The translations under genes and the position numbers were made by a program. Source: an uncultured Spirochaetota bacterium (GTDB taxonomy: Bacteria > Spirochaetota > UBA4802 > UBA5550). Taken from it: 64,000 nt of DNA. The notes under the pieces are model-generated. The model saw only the letters and a program-made list of their open reading frames with translations. It ran no database searches and was not told where the DNA came from. Every line of letters starts with the position of its first letter. Within the stretch, counting starts at the first letter, position 1. The stretch lies in contig CAWHAA010000002.1 in the NCBI GenBank assembly GCA_963827275.1, positions 96,001 through 160,000 of the forward strand. The letters run 5' to 3'. Below are positions 40,634-52,902 of this stretch, piece by piece.

Positions 40634-42373
40634 ATGATAGCACGATTATTTATCTATGTATACAACAGGACCTCCTACGGGTTTGCCGTCGCGGTCTTTA
40701 CCACGGCCTGGTCGTGGGTGGCGTCGTTCTACGGCTTTTTTTTCGTTCATGCCCTGGTTGGCTTTACCCGGGATGAGATTATCATCATACTGCCCGGATT
40801 AATTATCTGCACGGCGCTGGCGATATTCTTGCACCTTGCCCATTTCGGCATGTTCCACAGGCTGGGAAATTCCGGCTTTTCAAGACCGATCCGGCTCATC
40901 AACAGGTATTTTGACAGGAAGCATATTTTTTTAAATTACCGGACAATTGCAAGCAATGAGATCGAGGAGGTGTACTCGGCCGTCTCTTCCCTCCCCACCC
41001 AAAATTTATTGACCGGCGTGATATACACCTCGGCCGTCATCCTGGTTGTCATCGTGTATATCGCCACCCAGACCAGGGACCAGGAAAAGGTCTTTGCCGT
41101 GATATTCGGCGGCCTGTTCGCGGTGCTGATTATCGGTTATTTCACGTTCCTGCTGACCGAATATTTTTCCGGTCCGTACAAGATGCGCCTCGAGCAGATC
41201 CTTTTCGAACGTTCCATCAAGGTCACGCCGAAGAATTTATTGAGCTTCAACCGGAAAGCGGTCAACATGATGCTGTTGATTCTCTTCAGCATGGTGAATC
41301 TGACCATACTGGTCCGCCGCAGTGAAAAATCAACCCTGGTGATAGGCTTTTTTATCCTTCTCACCCTCGCGACCGTGGGGATGCTGATAGGCCTCATGCT
41401 CAATATCATGCGGTGGTCTTTGCAAACCATCAACCGTTCAACAAAAAAGCTCGCGGCGGGGGGCAGCGGCATGTTTTTCCCGCCCTTCTCGGACAAGGAA
41501 TTCACGACCTTCTCGGTGAATTACAACCATGCCGCGGTGGAAATCAACGAGATCAGGGAAAACCTCGAAAAGAAGATCGCCGAGCGCACCGTGGAGCTGA
41601 GCAAGGCCTATGAGAGATTGAACGGCGCGTACGGCCAGATCCAGGCGGACCTGACCCTCGCGAAGAGGCTGCAGAAGCGGATCATGCCCGAAAACTTCGA
41701 CTCGATCGAGGGACTGGACCTTGTGGTCCATTACTACCCGATGGCCGACATCGGCGGCGACATCTACGATATCGTTGAGCTCTATCCGGGTTACATCAGG
41801 ATTTTTCTTGCCGACGCGATAGGCCACGGCATCCAGGCGGCGCTTATCACCATGATCATCAAGGGCGAGTATGAAAAGGTGAAGACGATAGAGAATGCAA
41901 AGGAGCTCCTGGAATGGCTCAATAAGTCGTTTACCGACTTATATTCAAGCCTCAACGCGTTTTTTTCATGCATCCTGCTCGATATCGATATAAAGAACAA
42001 AAAGATGCGCTATTCTTCCGCCGGGCACCCGGACCAGATCCATATAGCGAACAATTTCATAGAGGTGCTGAAGCACACCGGAAAATTGATAGGAATACAG
42101 CGGGATACCGGCTATGAATGCATTGAGAAGGATATTGATACCCACGATAAAATAATGCTTTACACCGACGGCCTGTTCGAACAGCTCAATGAGAGGGATG
42201 AAGTTTTTACCGAACATGACATCATGGAGCTCGCCAGAAAAATGAAATCGAGGCCGGTGCGCGAGCTTGATGAAATGGTCATCAGCAGCCTGCGCGACTT
42301 CATGGGCGGGAAAGAGGTCATATCGGTCAGGGACGACATCACGCTGATAAGCATTGAAATCAACGGAAAATAA
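40634..42373 (+). CDS. Multi-TM membrane protein with coiled coil and SpoIIE/PP2C phosphatase domain
   Basis: About six hydrophobic segments; LEKKIAERT coiled coil; IGGDIYD, LADAIGHG, SAGHP, YTDGL, DDIT. Confidence 0.88.
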   Translation: MIARLFIYVYNRTSYGFAVAVFTTAWSWVASFYGFFFVHALVGFTRDEIIIILPGLIICTALAIFLHLAHFGMFHRLGNSGFSRPIRLINRYFDRKHIFLNYRTIASNEIEEVYSAVSSLPTQNLLTGVIYTSAVILVVIVYIATQTRDQEKVFAVIFGGLFAVLIIGYFTFLLTEYFSGPYKMRLEQILFERSIKVTPKNLLSFNRKAVNMMLLILFSMVNLTILVRRSEKSTLVIGFFILLTLATVGMLIGLMLNIMRWSLQTINRSTKKLAAGGSGMFFPPFSDKEFTTFSVNYNHAAVEINEIRENLEKKIAERTVELSKAYERLNGAYGQIQADLTLAKRLQKRIMPENFDSIEGLDLVVHYYPMADIGGDIYDIVELYPGYIRIFLADAIGHGIQAALITMIIKGEYEKVKTIENAKELLEWLNKSFTDLYSSLNAFFSCILLDIDIKNKKMRYSSAGHPDQIHIANNFIEVLKHTGKLIGIQRDTGYECIEKDIDTHDKIMLYTDGLFEQLNERDEVFTEHDIMELARKMKSRPVRELDEMVISSLRDFMGGKEVISVRDDITLISIEINGK

Positions 42374-42453
42374 TATAGCACCGTGCACTGGAACTTCCTG
42401 ATGGCAGCGGCCTCCGGCCAGGAGCGCGTGAACAGAAACGCCCGAGTATTTGC

Positions 42454-44418
<1,965 letters not shown>

Positions 44419-44438
44419 ACGGGGGACGCCCCGGGGGC

Positions 44439-45074
44439 TTAGACCGGCTCTGGCGCGTTGTAGCGGGTGCCGTCGAGCACGAAAAAACCGTACTGGGCGC
44501 GCAGGTTCGGGAACACGCGCGTAAGGTTTGAACTGCCATCGCGAGATACGGAAAAATGGCTCTCCTTCTTAACCGGGTAATTATTTGATGCGCAGAAAAT
44601 CTGGAAGTCCCGGATGGTGAGGAGGTGGATGTTCGGCGTCTCGTACCATTCAAAGGGGAGGAGCATGTTCTTGGGCATCTTCCCTCTGACCAGGAGCTGC
44701 GCCCGGGTCCTCACATGCCCGAAGTTCGGGAAGCTCACGATTGCGTTTTTGCTGATCCGCATCATCTCGTGCAGTACGTAGGCCGGCCGCTTGGTGATCT
44801 GGAGGGTCTGGTTCAGGATAACATAATCAAAGGAGTTATCGCGGTAATCGGCAAGTCCCTCGTCGATGTCGCCCTGGTAGCAGTAGAGGCCCTTCTCCAC
44901 GCACTGGCCCACGCCGTCTTCGGATATCTCCACGCCGTAGGGCACCACCTGCTTCACTACCTGCAGCTCGCGGAGCAGCATGCCGTCGCCGCAGCCGAGG
45001 TCGAGCACGCGTGACCCGGGGGTCACCTCGGCCATGATGATGTCGTACCCGATACGCGCCAGTATATCTGTCAT
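44439..45074 (-). CDS. metW: Methionine biosynthesis protein MetW
   Basis: VLDLGCGDG, FDYVILNQTLQ, VSFPNFGH, WYETPNIH; overlaps the metX stop. Confidence 0.93.
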   Translation of the reverse strand: MTDILARIGYDIIMAEVTPGSRVLDLGCGDGMLLRELQVVKQVVPYGVEISEDGVGQCVEKGLYCYQGDIDEGLADYRDNSFDYVILNQTLQITKRPAYVLHEMMRISKNAIVSFPNFGHVRTRAQLLVRGKMPKNMLLPFEWYETPNIHLLTIRDFQIFCASNNYPVKKESHFSVSRDGSSNLTRVFPNLRAQYGFFVLDGTRYNAPEPV

Positions 45075-46219
45075 GACTCTACACGCTCAAGTTCCCGCTT
45101 CAAAAAATTTGTAATGTTTTTTTTCAGCGGATCGTAATCGAGAAGAAAGGTGTCATGTCCCATATCGGTCTCTATGTCGGTATACATGACATTTTTCCCG
45201 TTGGCGCGAAGGGCCTGCACGATCTCCTTTGACTGGGCGCTCGGGTAGAGCCAGTCCGAGGTAAAGCTGATGACAAGGAAGTTGGCCTTTACCTCGGCAA
45301 AGGCATTGTGGAGGCGGCCGTAGTCCTTTTTCAGGTCGAAGTAATCGATCGCCTTGGTGATGTAGAGATAGGAATTGGCGTCAAAGCGGTCGACAAACTT
45401 GGTCCCCTGGTAGTGGAGGTACGATTCAACCATGAAGACGTGCTTGAAGCTGGCGACCGAGAGGTCTTCTTCCTTGAACCGCCTGCCGAATTTCTCATGC
45501 ATGTGCTTTTCGCTGAGGTAGGTGATGTGGCCTATCATCCGGGCGAGGGAGAGTCCCGCGTCCGGGCCCTGCGAACCGTAGTAATTTCCGCTGTTCCAGT
45601 TGGGGTCGTTCATGATCGCCTGCCGCGCCACCTCGTTCAGGGCAATGCCCTGCGCGGAGAGGGACGCGGATGTCGCGATCGCGATGACCGAGCCGACCAT
45701 GTCAGGGTACAGGATGGACCATTTCAATGCCTGCATGCCGCCCATGGAGCCGCCGGCAATTGTCAGCACCCTCTCGATGCCCAGGTGCCTGAGCAGGTGC
45801 CACTGGGCGTTCACCATGTCCTGAATGGTCACCATGGGGAAGTCGAGGCCGAAGGGCTTTCCGGTCTCGGGATGTATCGATGACGGGCCGGTTGAGCCGC
45901 TGCACCCGCCGATAACATTTGAGCAGATGATGAAGTATTTATCGGTATCAAAGGGTTTGCCCGGCCCGATGTAGAGATCCCACCAGCCGGGGTGCTTGTC
46001 ATGGTCGGTATGGTACCCGGCGGCATGCGCGGAGCCGGAAAGGGCATGCTCTATCAGAATGGCGTTACTTTTTGTTTCGTTCAGCGTTCCGTATGTTTCG
46101 TAGGCAAGGGTGATCGGGCCCAGCGCTTTTCCCGACCTGAACGTCAATGTATCAAAGGTGTACTGACGGGGCGTTACGATCCCGACCGAATCATCCCGCC
46201 GTTGCTCACTCCGTTCCAT
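45071..46219 (-). CDS. metX: Homoserine O-acetyltransferase
   Basis: AYETYG, HALSG, NVIGGCSGSTGP, GGSMGGMQ, RFDANSY, SDWLYP, GHDTFLL. Confidence 0.95.
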   Translation of the reverse strand: MERSEQRRDDSVGIVTPRQYTFDTLTFRSGKALGPITLAYETYGTLNETKSNAILIEHALSGSAHAAGYHTDHDKHPGWWDLYIGPGKPFDTDKYFIICSNVIGGCSGSTGPSSIHPETGKPFGLDFPMVTIQDMVNAQWHLLRHLGIERVLTIAGGSMGGMQALKWSILYPDMVGSVIAIATSASLSAQGIALNEVARQAIMNDPNWNSGNYYGSQGPDAGLSLARMIGHITYLSEKHMHEKFGRRFKEEDLSVASFKHVFMVESYLHYQGTKFVDRFDANSYLYITKAIDYFDLKKDYGRLHNAFAEVKANFLVISFTSDWLYPSAQSKEIVQALRANGKNVMYTDIETDMGHDTFLLDYDPLKKNITNFLKRELERVES

Positions 46220-46309
46220 AATCCTGCCAGATCATATAAATAGTGTCATGCGTAATCTCATGAAGAGCGGCGGGAATCCCGGCGGAAGCGGAGGAGGCGA
46301 ACTATGCAT

Positions 46310-46340
46310 AAAAAAACCGCGATACGAGATAGCGGTTTGG
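46310..46340 (-). terminator. Expression-platform terminator of the SAM riboswitch
   Basis: Minus strand aaaccgc-tatctcgtatc-gcggttttttt. Its CTATCTC can alternatively pair with GAGATAG of the P1 3' strand (antiterminator). Confidence 0.85.
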
Positions 46341-46348
46341 TCCCCTGC

Positions 46349-46454
46349 TATCTCATCTTCCGGATACCTATCCGCTGGAATTGGCACCTCTTTCATCACT
46401 GAACGGTTGCCGTGGCTTCACAGGGCCAGTCCCTCCACCACTCTCGATAAGATA
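46349..46454 (-). ncRNA. SAM-I (S-box) riboswitch upstream of metX-metW
   Basis: Minus strand reads tatCTTATCgAGAGtggtgGAGGGActgGcCCtgtGAAgCCacgGCAACc...GGTGCcAAtTCCagcgga...tccgGAAGATGAGata, matching the S-box consensus. Confidence 0.97.
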
Positions 46455-46703
46455 AACAATTTCTGATATCCGCATTCCCTGCCGGTGTCAATTAAAAAAA
46501 ATTAAAAAGAATAAAACTGGCCGGGTGAAGTCGCAAATCCCGCGACAGGGCAATACGGGCAAAGTATTTGGATTTATCCGTGACAATTTTTGTTGACATT
46601 AATGGACATAAAAATGATAAAGGTAGCCAATTGAATTTTTTTTGTACAAACCTGATACTTGGCATACCAAATTCGGCATTATATTAACGCAGGAGGGATT
46701 TGT

Positions 46704-48821
46704 ATGAAGTTTGCTGGATCGTATGGCGTCCCGCTTGAAGATATTTCAAGAGAATCTTTCTTCAATATCGGCGGCCCCCATGGTTTCATGCGGTGGGGAA
46801 TATACATATTCATGTTCATCGCCTTCTTCTATCTTGCATACACGGTCGTACAACGGGTGCTGATATGGAGAAAGGGAAAGGGAGAATTACGGACGGATTT
46901 CCCGGAAAAGAGGATCCTGGCCGTCTTCAAATATGTGATTCTGCAGGCGAAAATATTACGGGAATCGTTTGCCGGCATCATGCACGCAGCGCTCTTCTTC
47001 GGATTCGCCGCGCTGTTCATCGTTACCCTGATCATCATGGCCCAGGACGACTTTTTCGAGTTGTTTTTCCACTGGCGCTTTATCACCGGTAACTTCTACC
47101 TTGTCTGGTCGCTGGTCGCAGATCTGGCCGGGGCGGTGGTCCTCATCGGGGTCTCCATGGCTACCTATCGGCGGTACATTACCAAGCCGACCCGGCTTGA
47201 CACCAAACCGATAGACACCTTCGCGCTGGTGCTTATATTCATTATCGTTGTAACGGGCTTCACCAGTGAAGCGATGCGCATCGCGATATCCGATTTCCCC
47301 GCGTGGGAAGTATGGTCGCCGTTCGGCTATGTTCTCGCCTATCCTTTCTCGCTCTTCGGCGAGCCGGCCCTCAGGGTGATGCACCAGTTCAGCTGGTGGA
47401 TCCACATGATCGGCGCGTTCGTGTTCATCGGCCTGATCGGCTCCGACAAGCTCGGGCACGTCGTGATATCGTCCCTCAACGTGTATTACATGAATCTTGA
47501 CAACGAGAAGCCTGCAACGAAATATGCGCTCAATGTCATTGATCCCGCGGTCTTCGAAGTGGCTGAAAGCTTCGGCGTTTCCAAGGTTGAGGAATATACC
47601 TGGAAACAGCTCATGGACAGCGACGCCTGCACACGGTGCGGCCGCTGCCAGGACAACTGCCCGGCGTGGCTGACCGAAAAGCCGCTGTCGCCGAAAAAGC
47701 TGGTCAATGACATCAAGGCGAACATGGACGAGCGGATCCCGAAGCTTCGGCTCGCGGAAGATCCTGCCACCGTGGAGACCACCCCCCTTATTGAAGGCTC
47801 TGTCAAGGCTGACGAGTTCTGGTCCTGCACCAACTGCTCCGCCTGCATGGAGGCCTGCCCGGTGAACATCGAGCACGTCCAGAAGATGATCGATATGCGG
47901 CGCTACAAGGTGCTCATGGAGGGCGACATGGCCCCCGAGCTCCAGACCTCATTCGTTAACCTGGAAAGTAATTTCAACCCGTACGGATTCGCCTTCGGCG
48001 AGCGCGGGGCATGGCTGCCGGCAGATATCGGCGTGAAGACCATGGCCGAGGATCCCGATGTCGAGTACCTCTATTTCGTCGGATCACCTGCTTCCTACGA
48101 CAAGCGGAACCAGAAAGTCGCGACCGCGTTTCTGAAGATCATGCAGAAGGCGGGCGTTAAAGTCGGCATACTCGGCGCCGAAGAAGCTGATTCCGGCGAC
48201 GCGGCGCTGCGGGGCGGTAACGAATACCTCTTCCACGCCCTGGTCACCCAGAACCTGGAAAGCTTCAAAAACTATAACGTGAAGAAGATCATCTGCACCT
48301 GCCCACACGACTATAACGTGATAAAGAAGGAATACAAGAAGTTCGCCAAGGTGGGTAAAAACGCCGAGGGCGGGCCGCTTGAAGCCAATTACGAAGTCTT
48401 CCACCACACCCAGATCATTAACGAGCTCGTCAAGAGCGGGAAGATCAAGCTGGTGAACCCGCTTAACGAGACCGTGACCTATCACGACTCCTGCTTCCTG
48501 GGGCGGTACAACGAAATATATGACGAGCCGCGGGAGATACTCAAGGCGATACCGGGCGTGAATTTCGTGGAGATGAGCAGGAACCACCAGACGAGCTTCT
48601 GCTGCGGCGCCGGCGGCGCGCGCATGTTCATCGAGGAGCACCTCGGGACCCGCATCAACCAGTTCCGGACAAAGGATGCACAGTCAACCGGCGCGACGAA
48701 GGTCTGCACCGCGTGCCCGTTCTGCATGACCATGCTGTCCGACGGTATTACCGAGCTGGATATCCAGAATATGCAGAATTTCGATATCGCTGAATATGTG
48801 TATAACGCGATGGAGAAATAA
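46704..48821 (+). CDS. Membrane-anchored Fe-S oxidoreductase (NarI-like TM + 2x[4Fe-4S] + CCG domains; FadF/HdrF-like)
   Basis: TM region with His residues; CTRCGRCQDNCP and CTNCSACMEACP; HDSCFLGR, CCGAGG, ACPFC; AGGAGG RBS. Confidence 0.9.
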   Translation: MKFAGSYGVPLEDISRESFFNIGGPHGFMRWGIYIFMFIAFFYLAYTVVQRVLIWRKGKGELRTDFPEKRILAVFKYVILQAKILRESFAGIMHAALFFGFAALFIVTLIIMAQDDFFELFFHWRFITGNFYLVWSLVADLAGAVVLIGVSMATYRRYITKPTRLDTKPIDTFALVLIFIIVVTGFTSEAMRIAISDFPAWEVWSPFGYVLAYPFSLFGEPALRVMHQFSWWIHMIGAFVFIGLIGSDKLGHVVISSLNVYYMNLDNEKPATKYALNVIDPAVFEVAESFGVSKVEEYTWKQLMDSDACTRCGRCQDNCPAWLTEKPLSPKKLVNDIKANMDERIPKLRLAEDPATVETTPLIEGSVKADEFWSCTNCSACMEACPVNIEHVQKMIDMRRYKVLMEGDMAPELQTSFVNLESNFNPYGFAFGERGAWLPADIGVKTMAEDPDVEYLYFVGSPASYDKRNQKVATAFLKIMQKAGVKVGILGAEEADSGDAALRGGNEYLFHALVTQNLESFKNYNVKKIICTCPHDYNVIKKEYKKFAKVGKNAEGGPLEANYEVFHHTQIINELVKSGKIKLVNPLNETVTYHDSCFLGRYNEIYDEPREILKAIPGVNFVEMSRNHQTSFCCGAGGARMFIEEHLGTRINQFRTKDAQSTGATKVCTACPFCMTMLSDGITELDIQNMQNFDIAEYVYNAMEK

Positions 48822-48858
48822 CCGGCAGTATCAGAACTTTACTATAGAAGAAAACAGG

Positions 48859-48890
48859 AGAGCCGTGCATCACGCACGGCTCTTTTTTTT
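48859..48890 (+). terminator. Intrinsic terminator after the Fe-S oxidoreductase
   Basis: agagccgtgc-atcac-gcacggctct followed by a T-run. Confidence 0.9.
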
Positions 48891-48949
48891 GCCGGGGACA
48901 GCGGGAAATTCCCTTCATACCCGCCGCCGGGCTTGGCGCCCGGGCCGGC

Positions 48950-50476
48950 CTACTGCTTTCTGAACCTGTTATAGAGATATATCAGCAGGAAGACCGCGCC
49001 GAACAGGAGATACCCGGGTGTGACATGGCCCCCCATGCCGATGCCGATCTCATGCGAATGGATCAGGCCGAAATACGAGAAGATGACCAGGGGCAGCGTC
49101 CAGAGAAAAGCTTTCAGGAAGTCCTTCTCGATGCAGCAGACAGCCACGGCAGAGAGGAACATGGCTGAAAAGAGCGCGCCTTCGGGGAACACGATGATTC
49201 CTTTTAGCTGGGGCAGCGCCTGCGCGATAATTCCGTTGATCTCGCCGGTCGTATAGCTCCCGGTGCTGCCGATATACTGGCGCAGGAGGCCCAGGCCCCA
49301 GGACGCTATGGCGGGCATGAGGCCGATTGCGACAGCGGGAGCGTGCGACTTCGGGGTCGACTGGAAGGCCTGGGCGGTAATGATGACGCCGATCCAGAGC
49401 AATATCGGGAACCCGGCTTCGAGCGGGACCGCCGCGACGATGACGCTCATGAGCCCGGTGAAGCAGATGATGGTGATAACGGCGCCGTTGATGATCGAAT
49501 ACCCTGATCGGGCCCCCAGCCCTTTCCAGCCGGGGTGTCCGATATAGACGGTTGTGGGGAAGGGTGATCCGAATAAGGCCCCCACAATGGTTCCGATCCC
49601 GTTCATCGCAAGCGTCGGCATCGCGGGATAGGTGTCGCCCGCCGCGGAGGCGGACTCGATGTTCTGGAGCGTGCCGAAAAAAGCCAGGACCCCCATCGGG
49701 ACGGATATTGAGAGGTATGGCAGAATCTCACTGATGTTCACGCTCGTGATGACGTCCAGGAACACAAAGCCAGGGAGGTTGAACGTCACCTGCCGTGTCG
49801 ACTCGACGAGCCTGCCGGCATCCATGGCCCCCGAGGACCATGCCAGTATCGATCCGATCACGAGCGCGTACAGCCCGGCGGGGATCCTGAACGGGAGCTT
49901 TACCCGGGAGAAATATTCGGCCATGATCAGCGCGAGGGGGATGAAGGCGATGATAGGCCTGTCCCATATCTTGATCGTCTGGTCGAGCGCGATGAAGGTG
50001 ATGGCGATGCCGGCAAGTGTTGACAGGAGCGCGGCACGCGGGGTCATTTTCCTGATCCGGTCGCCGACGAACGCGCCGATGCCTTCAAAGAACCCGCTGA
50101 TGAAGCAGCTGATGACACCGACCTTCCAGGCGAAATCAGCGTTGTTCGTCCTCAGGTAGATCGGGGCGATGATGAGGGAAAAAAAGGCGAAGAGGCTCAC
50201 CGTGTTGATGCCGTAGGGCAGAGCGGTGACATCCGAGCGCCCCTCTTTTTTCGCAAGCCGGTGCGCCTGCCATGAGTAAAAGATATTCCCGGCCAGTACC
50301 GCCGCGGCGGTGCCGGGGAGCATTTTTGAGAACACAAGGCCCGCCGGCATACCGATGGCCAGGGAGAGGCCTGTTATGATGAGAAGATTTGTCAGGTTGT
50401 CGATGAAGAGCCCTATAAACCCGTCGAAGTCCCCCTTGACAAAGAGGGGATACAAAGCGCGGCCGTTTGTTTTCAT
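48950..50476 (-). CDS. NCS2-family (xanthine/uracil/purine) permease-like protein
   Basis: GDFDGFIGLFIDN, TALPYGIN, TPRAALL, ESASAAGD, TTVYIGHPGWK; about 12 TM segments. Start taken at ATG 50476. Confidence 0.8.
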   Translation of the reverse strand: MKTNGRALYPLFVKGDFDGFIGLFIDNLTNLLIITGLSLAIGMPAGLVFSKMLPGTAAAVLAGNIFYSWQAHRLAKKEGRSDVTALPYGINTVSLFAFFSLIIAPIYLRTNNADFAWKVGVISCFISGFFEGIGAFVGDRIRKMTPRAALLSTLAGIAITFIALDQTIKIWDRPIIAFIPLALIMAEYFSRVKLPFRIPAGLYALVIGSILAWSSGAMDAGRLVESTRQVTFNLPGFVFLDVITSVNISEILPYLSISVPMGVLAFFGTLQNIESASAAGDTYPAMPTLAMNGIGTIVGALFGSPFPTTVYIGHPGWKGLGARSGYSIINGAVITIICFTGLMSVIVAAVPLEAGFPILLWIGVIITAQAFQSTPKSHAPAVAIGLMPAIASWGLGLLRQYIGSTGSYTTGEINGIIAQALPQLKGIIVFPEGALFSAMFLSAVAVCCIEKDFLKAFLWTLPLVIFSYFGLIHSHEIGIGMGGHVTPGYLLFGAVFLLIYLYNRFRKQ

Positions 50477-50544
50477 ATCATGCACCTGGTAGCGTCGTAT
50501 TTGTGGCGCGGCGCCGGGTGTGGAACACGCCGGCCGCCGTGCGG

Positions 50545-51381
50545 TTATTTCATCAACCTGCGCAGTGTCGCAAGGTTCATCCTGTCCCATTCATCGTCAT
50601 TGAACTTGGGTGTTTCAAGGATCATCGGGACGTCCGCAAGCCGCCTGTCATGGAGCAGGAGCCTGAAACCGCCCCTCCCGATCTGCCCTTTGCCGATATG
50701 CTCGTGCCGGTCAACCCTGCTGCCGCATTCCCGTTTCGAGTCGTTCAGGTGAATGAGCTTGAGCCGCTCCAGGCCGATTATCGCGTCGAAATCGGCAATG
50801 ACCGCATCGTAGCGTTCTTGTGACGAAATGTCATACCCCGCCGCGAAAATGTGGCAGGTATCGAGACACACGCCGATGCGTCCCGGGAATGAAGATGCCG
50901 TAATGATCGCGGCAAGCTGTTCAAAGCGGTGCCCTATCGATGAGCCCTGCCCCGCCGTCGTCTCCAGCAGTATGCTCGTCTTCCCCGTTCGTTCCAGCAC
51001 GCGGTCAAGGGAATCAGCAACACGCCGAATCCCTTCCTCGAGGCCGCGCGCGCCGTGGCTGCCGGGGTGCACCACAACATAGTCTATTCCCATCAGTTCG
51101 GCCCTGATTAATTCATCGGCCATCGCCGTAAGCGATTTTGCATGCACGTCCCCGGTCCCTGCAAGGTTGATCAGGTAGCCGGCATGCGCGTAGGGAATGA
51201 TCTCCGGATGGGAGCCCGCCGTTCGCCTGAATGCCGCTATTTCTTCCCCCGTATAGGGCCGCGCCTCCCACCTGTTTGAATTTTTCAGGAAGACCTGCAC
51301 AGCCTGGACCCTGAGGGCGTGCGCTTTTTCTATTGCGCGGTGCATTCCCCCGGCAATGGAGAGATGTATGCCTATTCTCAT
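50545..51381 (-). CDS. nfo: Endonuclease IV (AP endonuclease)
   Basis: GIHLSIAGG, HAGYLINL, VHPGS, LETTAGQG, DTCHIFAAG, HLNDS, DRHEHIG, ILETP. Confidence 0.95.
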   Translation of the reverse strand: MRIGIHLSIAGGMHRAIEKAHALRVQAVQVFLKNSNRWEARPYTGEEIAAFRRTAGSHPEIIPYAHAGYLINLAGTGDVHAKSLTAMADELIRAELMGIDYVVVHPGSHGARGLEEGIRRVADSLDRVLERTGKTSILLETTAGQGSSIGHRFEQLAAIITASSFPGRIGVCLDTCHIFAAGYDISSQERYDAVIADFDAIIGLERLKLIHLNDSKRECGSRVDRHEHIGKGQIGRGGFRLLLHDRRLADVPMILETPKFNDDEWDRMNLATLRRLMK

Positions 51382-51415
51382 AGGGACCGGTGTTGCCCTG
51401 TGGCCGACGTGTGCA

Positions 51416-51694
51416 TTACGGTCGGGAATTTTTCAGACGTTCGATTACATTTTCCGCGGAAAGTCCGCGTATGGCGATCCTCTTTTTTTTTCCTTTTTCT
51501 CCCGATATAATCGCCATGCTGGATTTCGGTATCCGGAGTCGCTTTGAAAAGAGGGCGATTATTTCACCGTTCGCCTTCCCATCGACCGGCGGTGCGTTGC
51601 AATAGACTTTAACCCTGTTCTGGTCGTCGATCGTAATGGTGCTTCTGGAGGATTTCGGTGAAACGGTTATATCTATAATGGATTCTGGCGTCAT
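51416..51694 (-). CDS. DUF167 (YggU/UPF0235) family protein
   Basis: VSPKS, APPVDGKAN, ISGEKGKKK. Confidence 0.88.
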   Translation of the reverse strand: MTPESIIDITVSPKSSRSTITIDDQNRVKVYCNAPPVDGKANGEIIALFSKRLRIPKSSMAIISGEKGKKKRIAIRGLSAENVIERLKNSRP

Positions 51695-51757
51695 GGGACT
51701 ACGGGGTGCCGCTTCTTATGATCCAGGGAGCAAGAGCGAGGCGGCCTGAAAAGAAAA

Positions 51758-52090
51758 TTATTTAAGGCTCGCGATCGCTTCATCGACGGTTTTGAAGAGC
51801 TTTATGACCGAGGTGACCTTGGTCAGATCGAGCACCTTCTTGACTTCATCGTTGGCGGCCGCAAGGCGCAATTGCGATTTAAGGCTCTGGTTGATATTCA
51901 GGAAAATTCCTATGCCGGAGCTTGTTATCATCTTGACATCGGTAAGATCTACGACCATCTTTTTAACACCTTTGTCGATTATTGTTTCCTGAAGCTTTTC
52001 CTTGAGATCGGGGACGTCCAGCGTGTGGACTTCTTTCATGACGATCTTGATAACGACTACGCCTTCGTTTTTATCCACAACTTCTATCAT
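51758..52090 (-). CDS. STAS-domain anti-sigma factor antagonist
   Basis: VVDLTDVKMITSSGIG, VKKVLDLT; GGAG RBS. Confidence 0.85.
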   Translation of the reverse strand: MIEVVDKNEGVVVIKIVMKEVHTLDVPDLKEKLQETIIDKGVKKMVVDLTDVKMITSSGIGIFLNINQSLKSQLRLAAANDEVKKVLDLTKVTSVIKLFKTVDEAIASLK

Positions 52091-52386
52091 AATAGACTCC
52101 AGTTGAATATGATCATTTAAAGGATTGATAAGTAATTTTTAAAAGTCAACAAATTTTTGCATTATCAGTGCGCTATATCCAATAATCGTCCCGTTCTCCT
52201 GACAACATGGATACATTTGTGACATAATTACAATAATCAGGGCAGGGAAGTGGAGGTGATTATTATAAGCTTGACTAAAATTACAATATTTGTATAAAGA
52301 TTCCGATGTTGGCGTCACAATGATTGTCGCTGCGCGAGCCGCCCGGCTGTAGGATCAGAGCGGCAATAAAATGGTACATGATATTC

Positions 52387-52857
52387 ATGGAATTAACTGA
52401 TAATCTGAAAAAGAATAATATACTCCTTAAGGCCCGATCATCAAACCGGTGGGAGCTGATTAGCGAGATGGTTGACCTGGCAGTAAAAAACAGGGACATT
52501 GATCAATCGGAAAGCGTTGAGATAAAAAAAGCCCTCATAGATCGGGAAAAATCCATGAGCACGGGCATCGGGAACGGCGTGGCCATCCCGCACTGCACCA
52601 CCCAGAAGGTGCAGGATATTGTCTTTGTCATGGCGCTCGTCCCGAAGGGAATGGACTTTGATTCAATCGATAATCAACCGGTCACCATCGTCATCCTGCT
52701 CCTGGTTCCCTCGAACAAACTCACACAGCATATCAAGACGCTCGCCAATATCGCAAAGCTGATGAGCAATGGCGATCTTCGCGGCAGGCTGACGGCCGCA
52801 AAGACACCGGAAGCCATTATCAAGATAATGAAGGAATTCGAGGAGTTGAAGAAATAG
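52387..52857 (+). CDS. PTS EIIA (Fru/Ntr-type) domain protein
   Basis: REKSMSTGIGNGVAIPH with the phosphorylatable His; FDSIDNQPV. Start taken at ATG 52387. Confidence 0.9.
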   Translation: MELTDNLKKNNILLKARSSNRWELISEMVDLAVKNRDIDQSESVEIKKALIDREKSMSTGIGNGVAIPHCTTQKVQDIVFVMALVPKGMDFDSIDNQPVTIVILLLVPSNKLTQHIKTLANIAKLMSNGDLRGRLTAAKTPEAIIKIMKEFEELKK

Positions 52858-52902
52858 CCGGCGCCCGCAGCGCCGGGATAATCGGCGGGAACAGACGATC
52901 CG

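Noticed and set aside
46515..46572. Possible c-di-GMP-I riboswitch upstream of the Fe-S oxidoreductase (gggcaaa plus short hairpins)
   Set aside because: The GNRA-capped P2 and the following GACGCAAAG/P3 elements are not present in the required order.
48060..48210. Loss of cysteines in the first CCG domain (VGSPAS, EADSG) as a sign of a novel enzyme
   Set aside because: As I recall, a degenerate first CCG domain is usual in FadF-type proteins; the second CCG domain is intact.
52218..52234. TTGTGA-cataa-TTACAA as a further Rex box
   Set aside because: It is 17 bp rather than 18 bp, with several mismatches, in AT-rich DNA.
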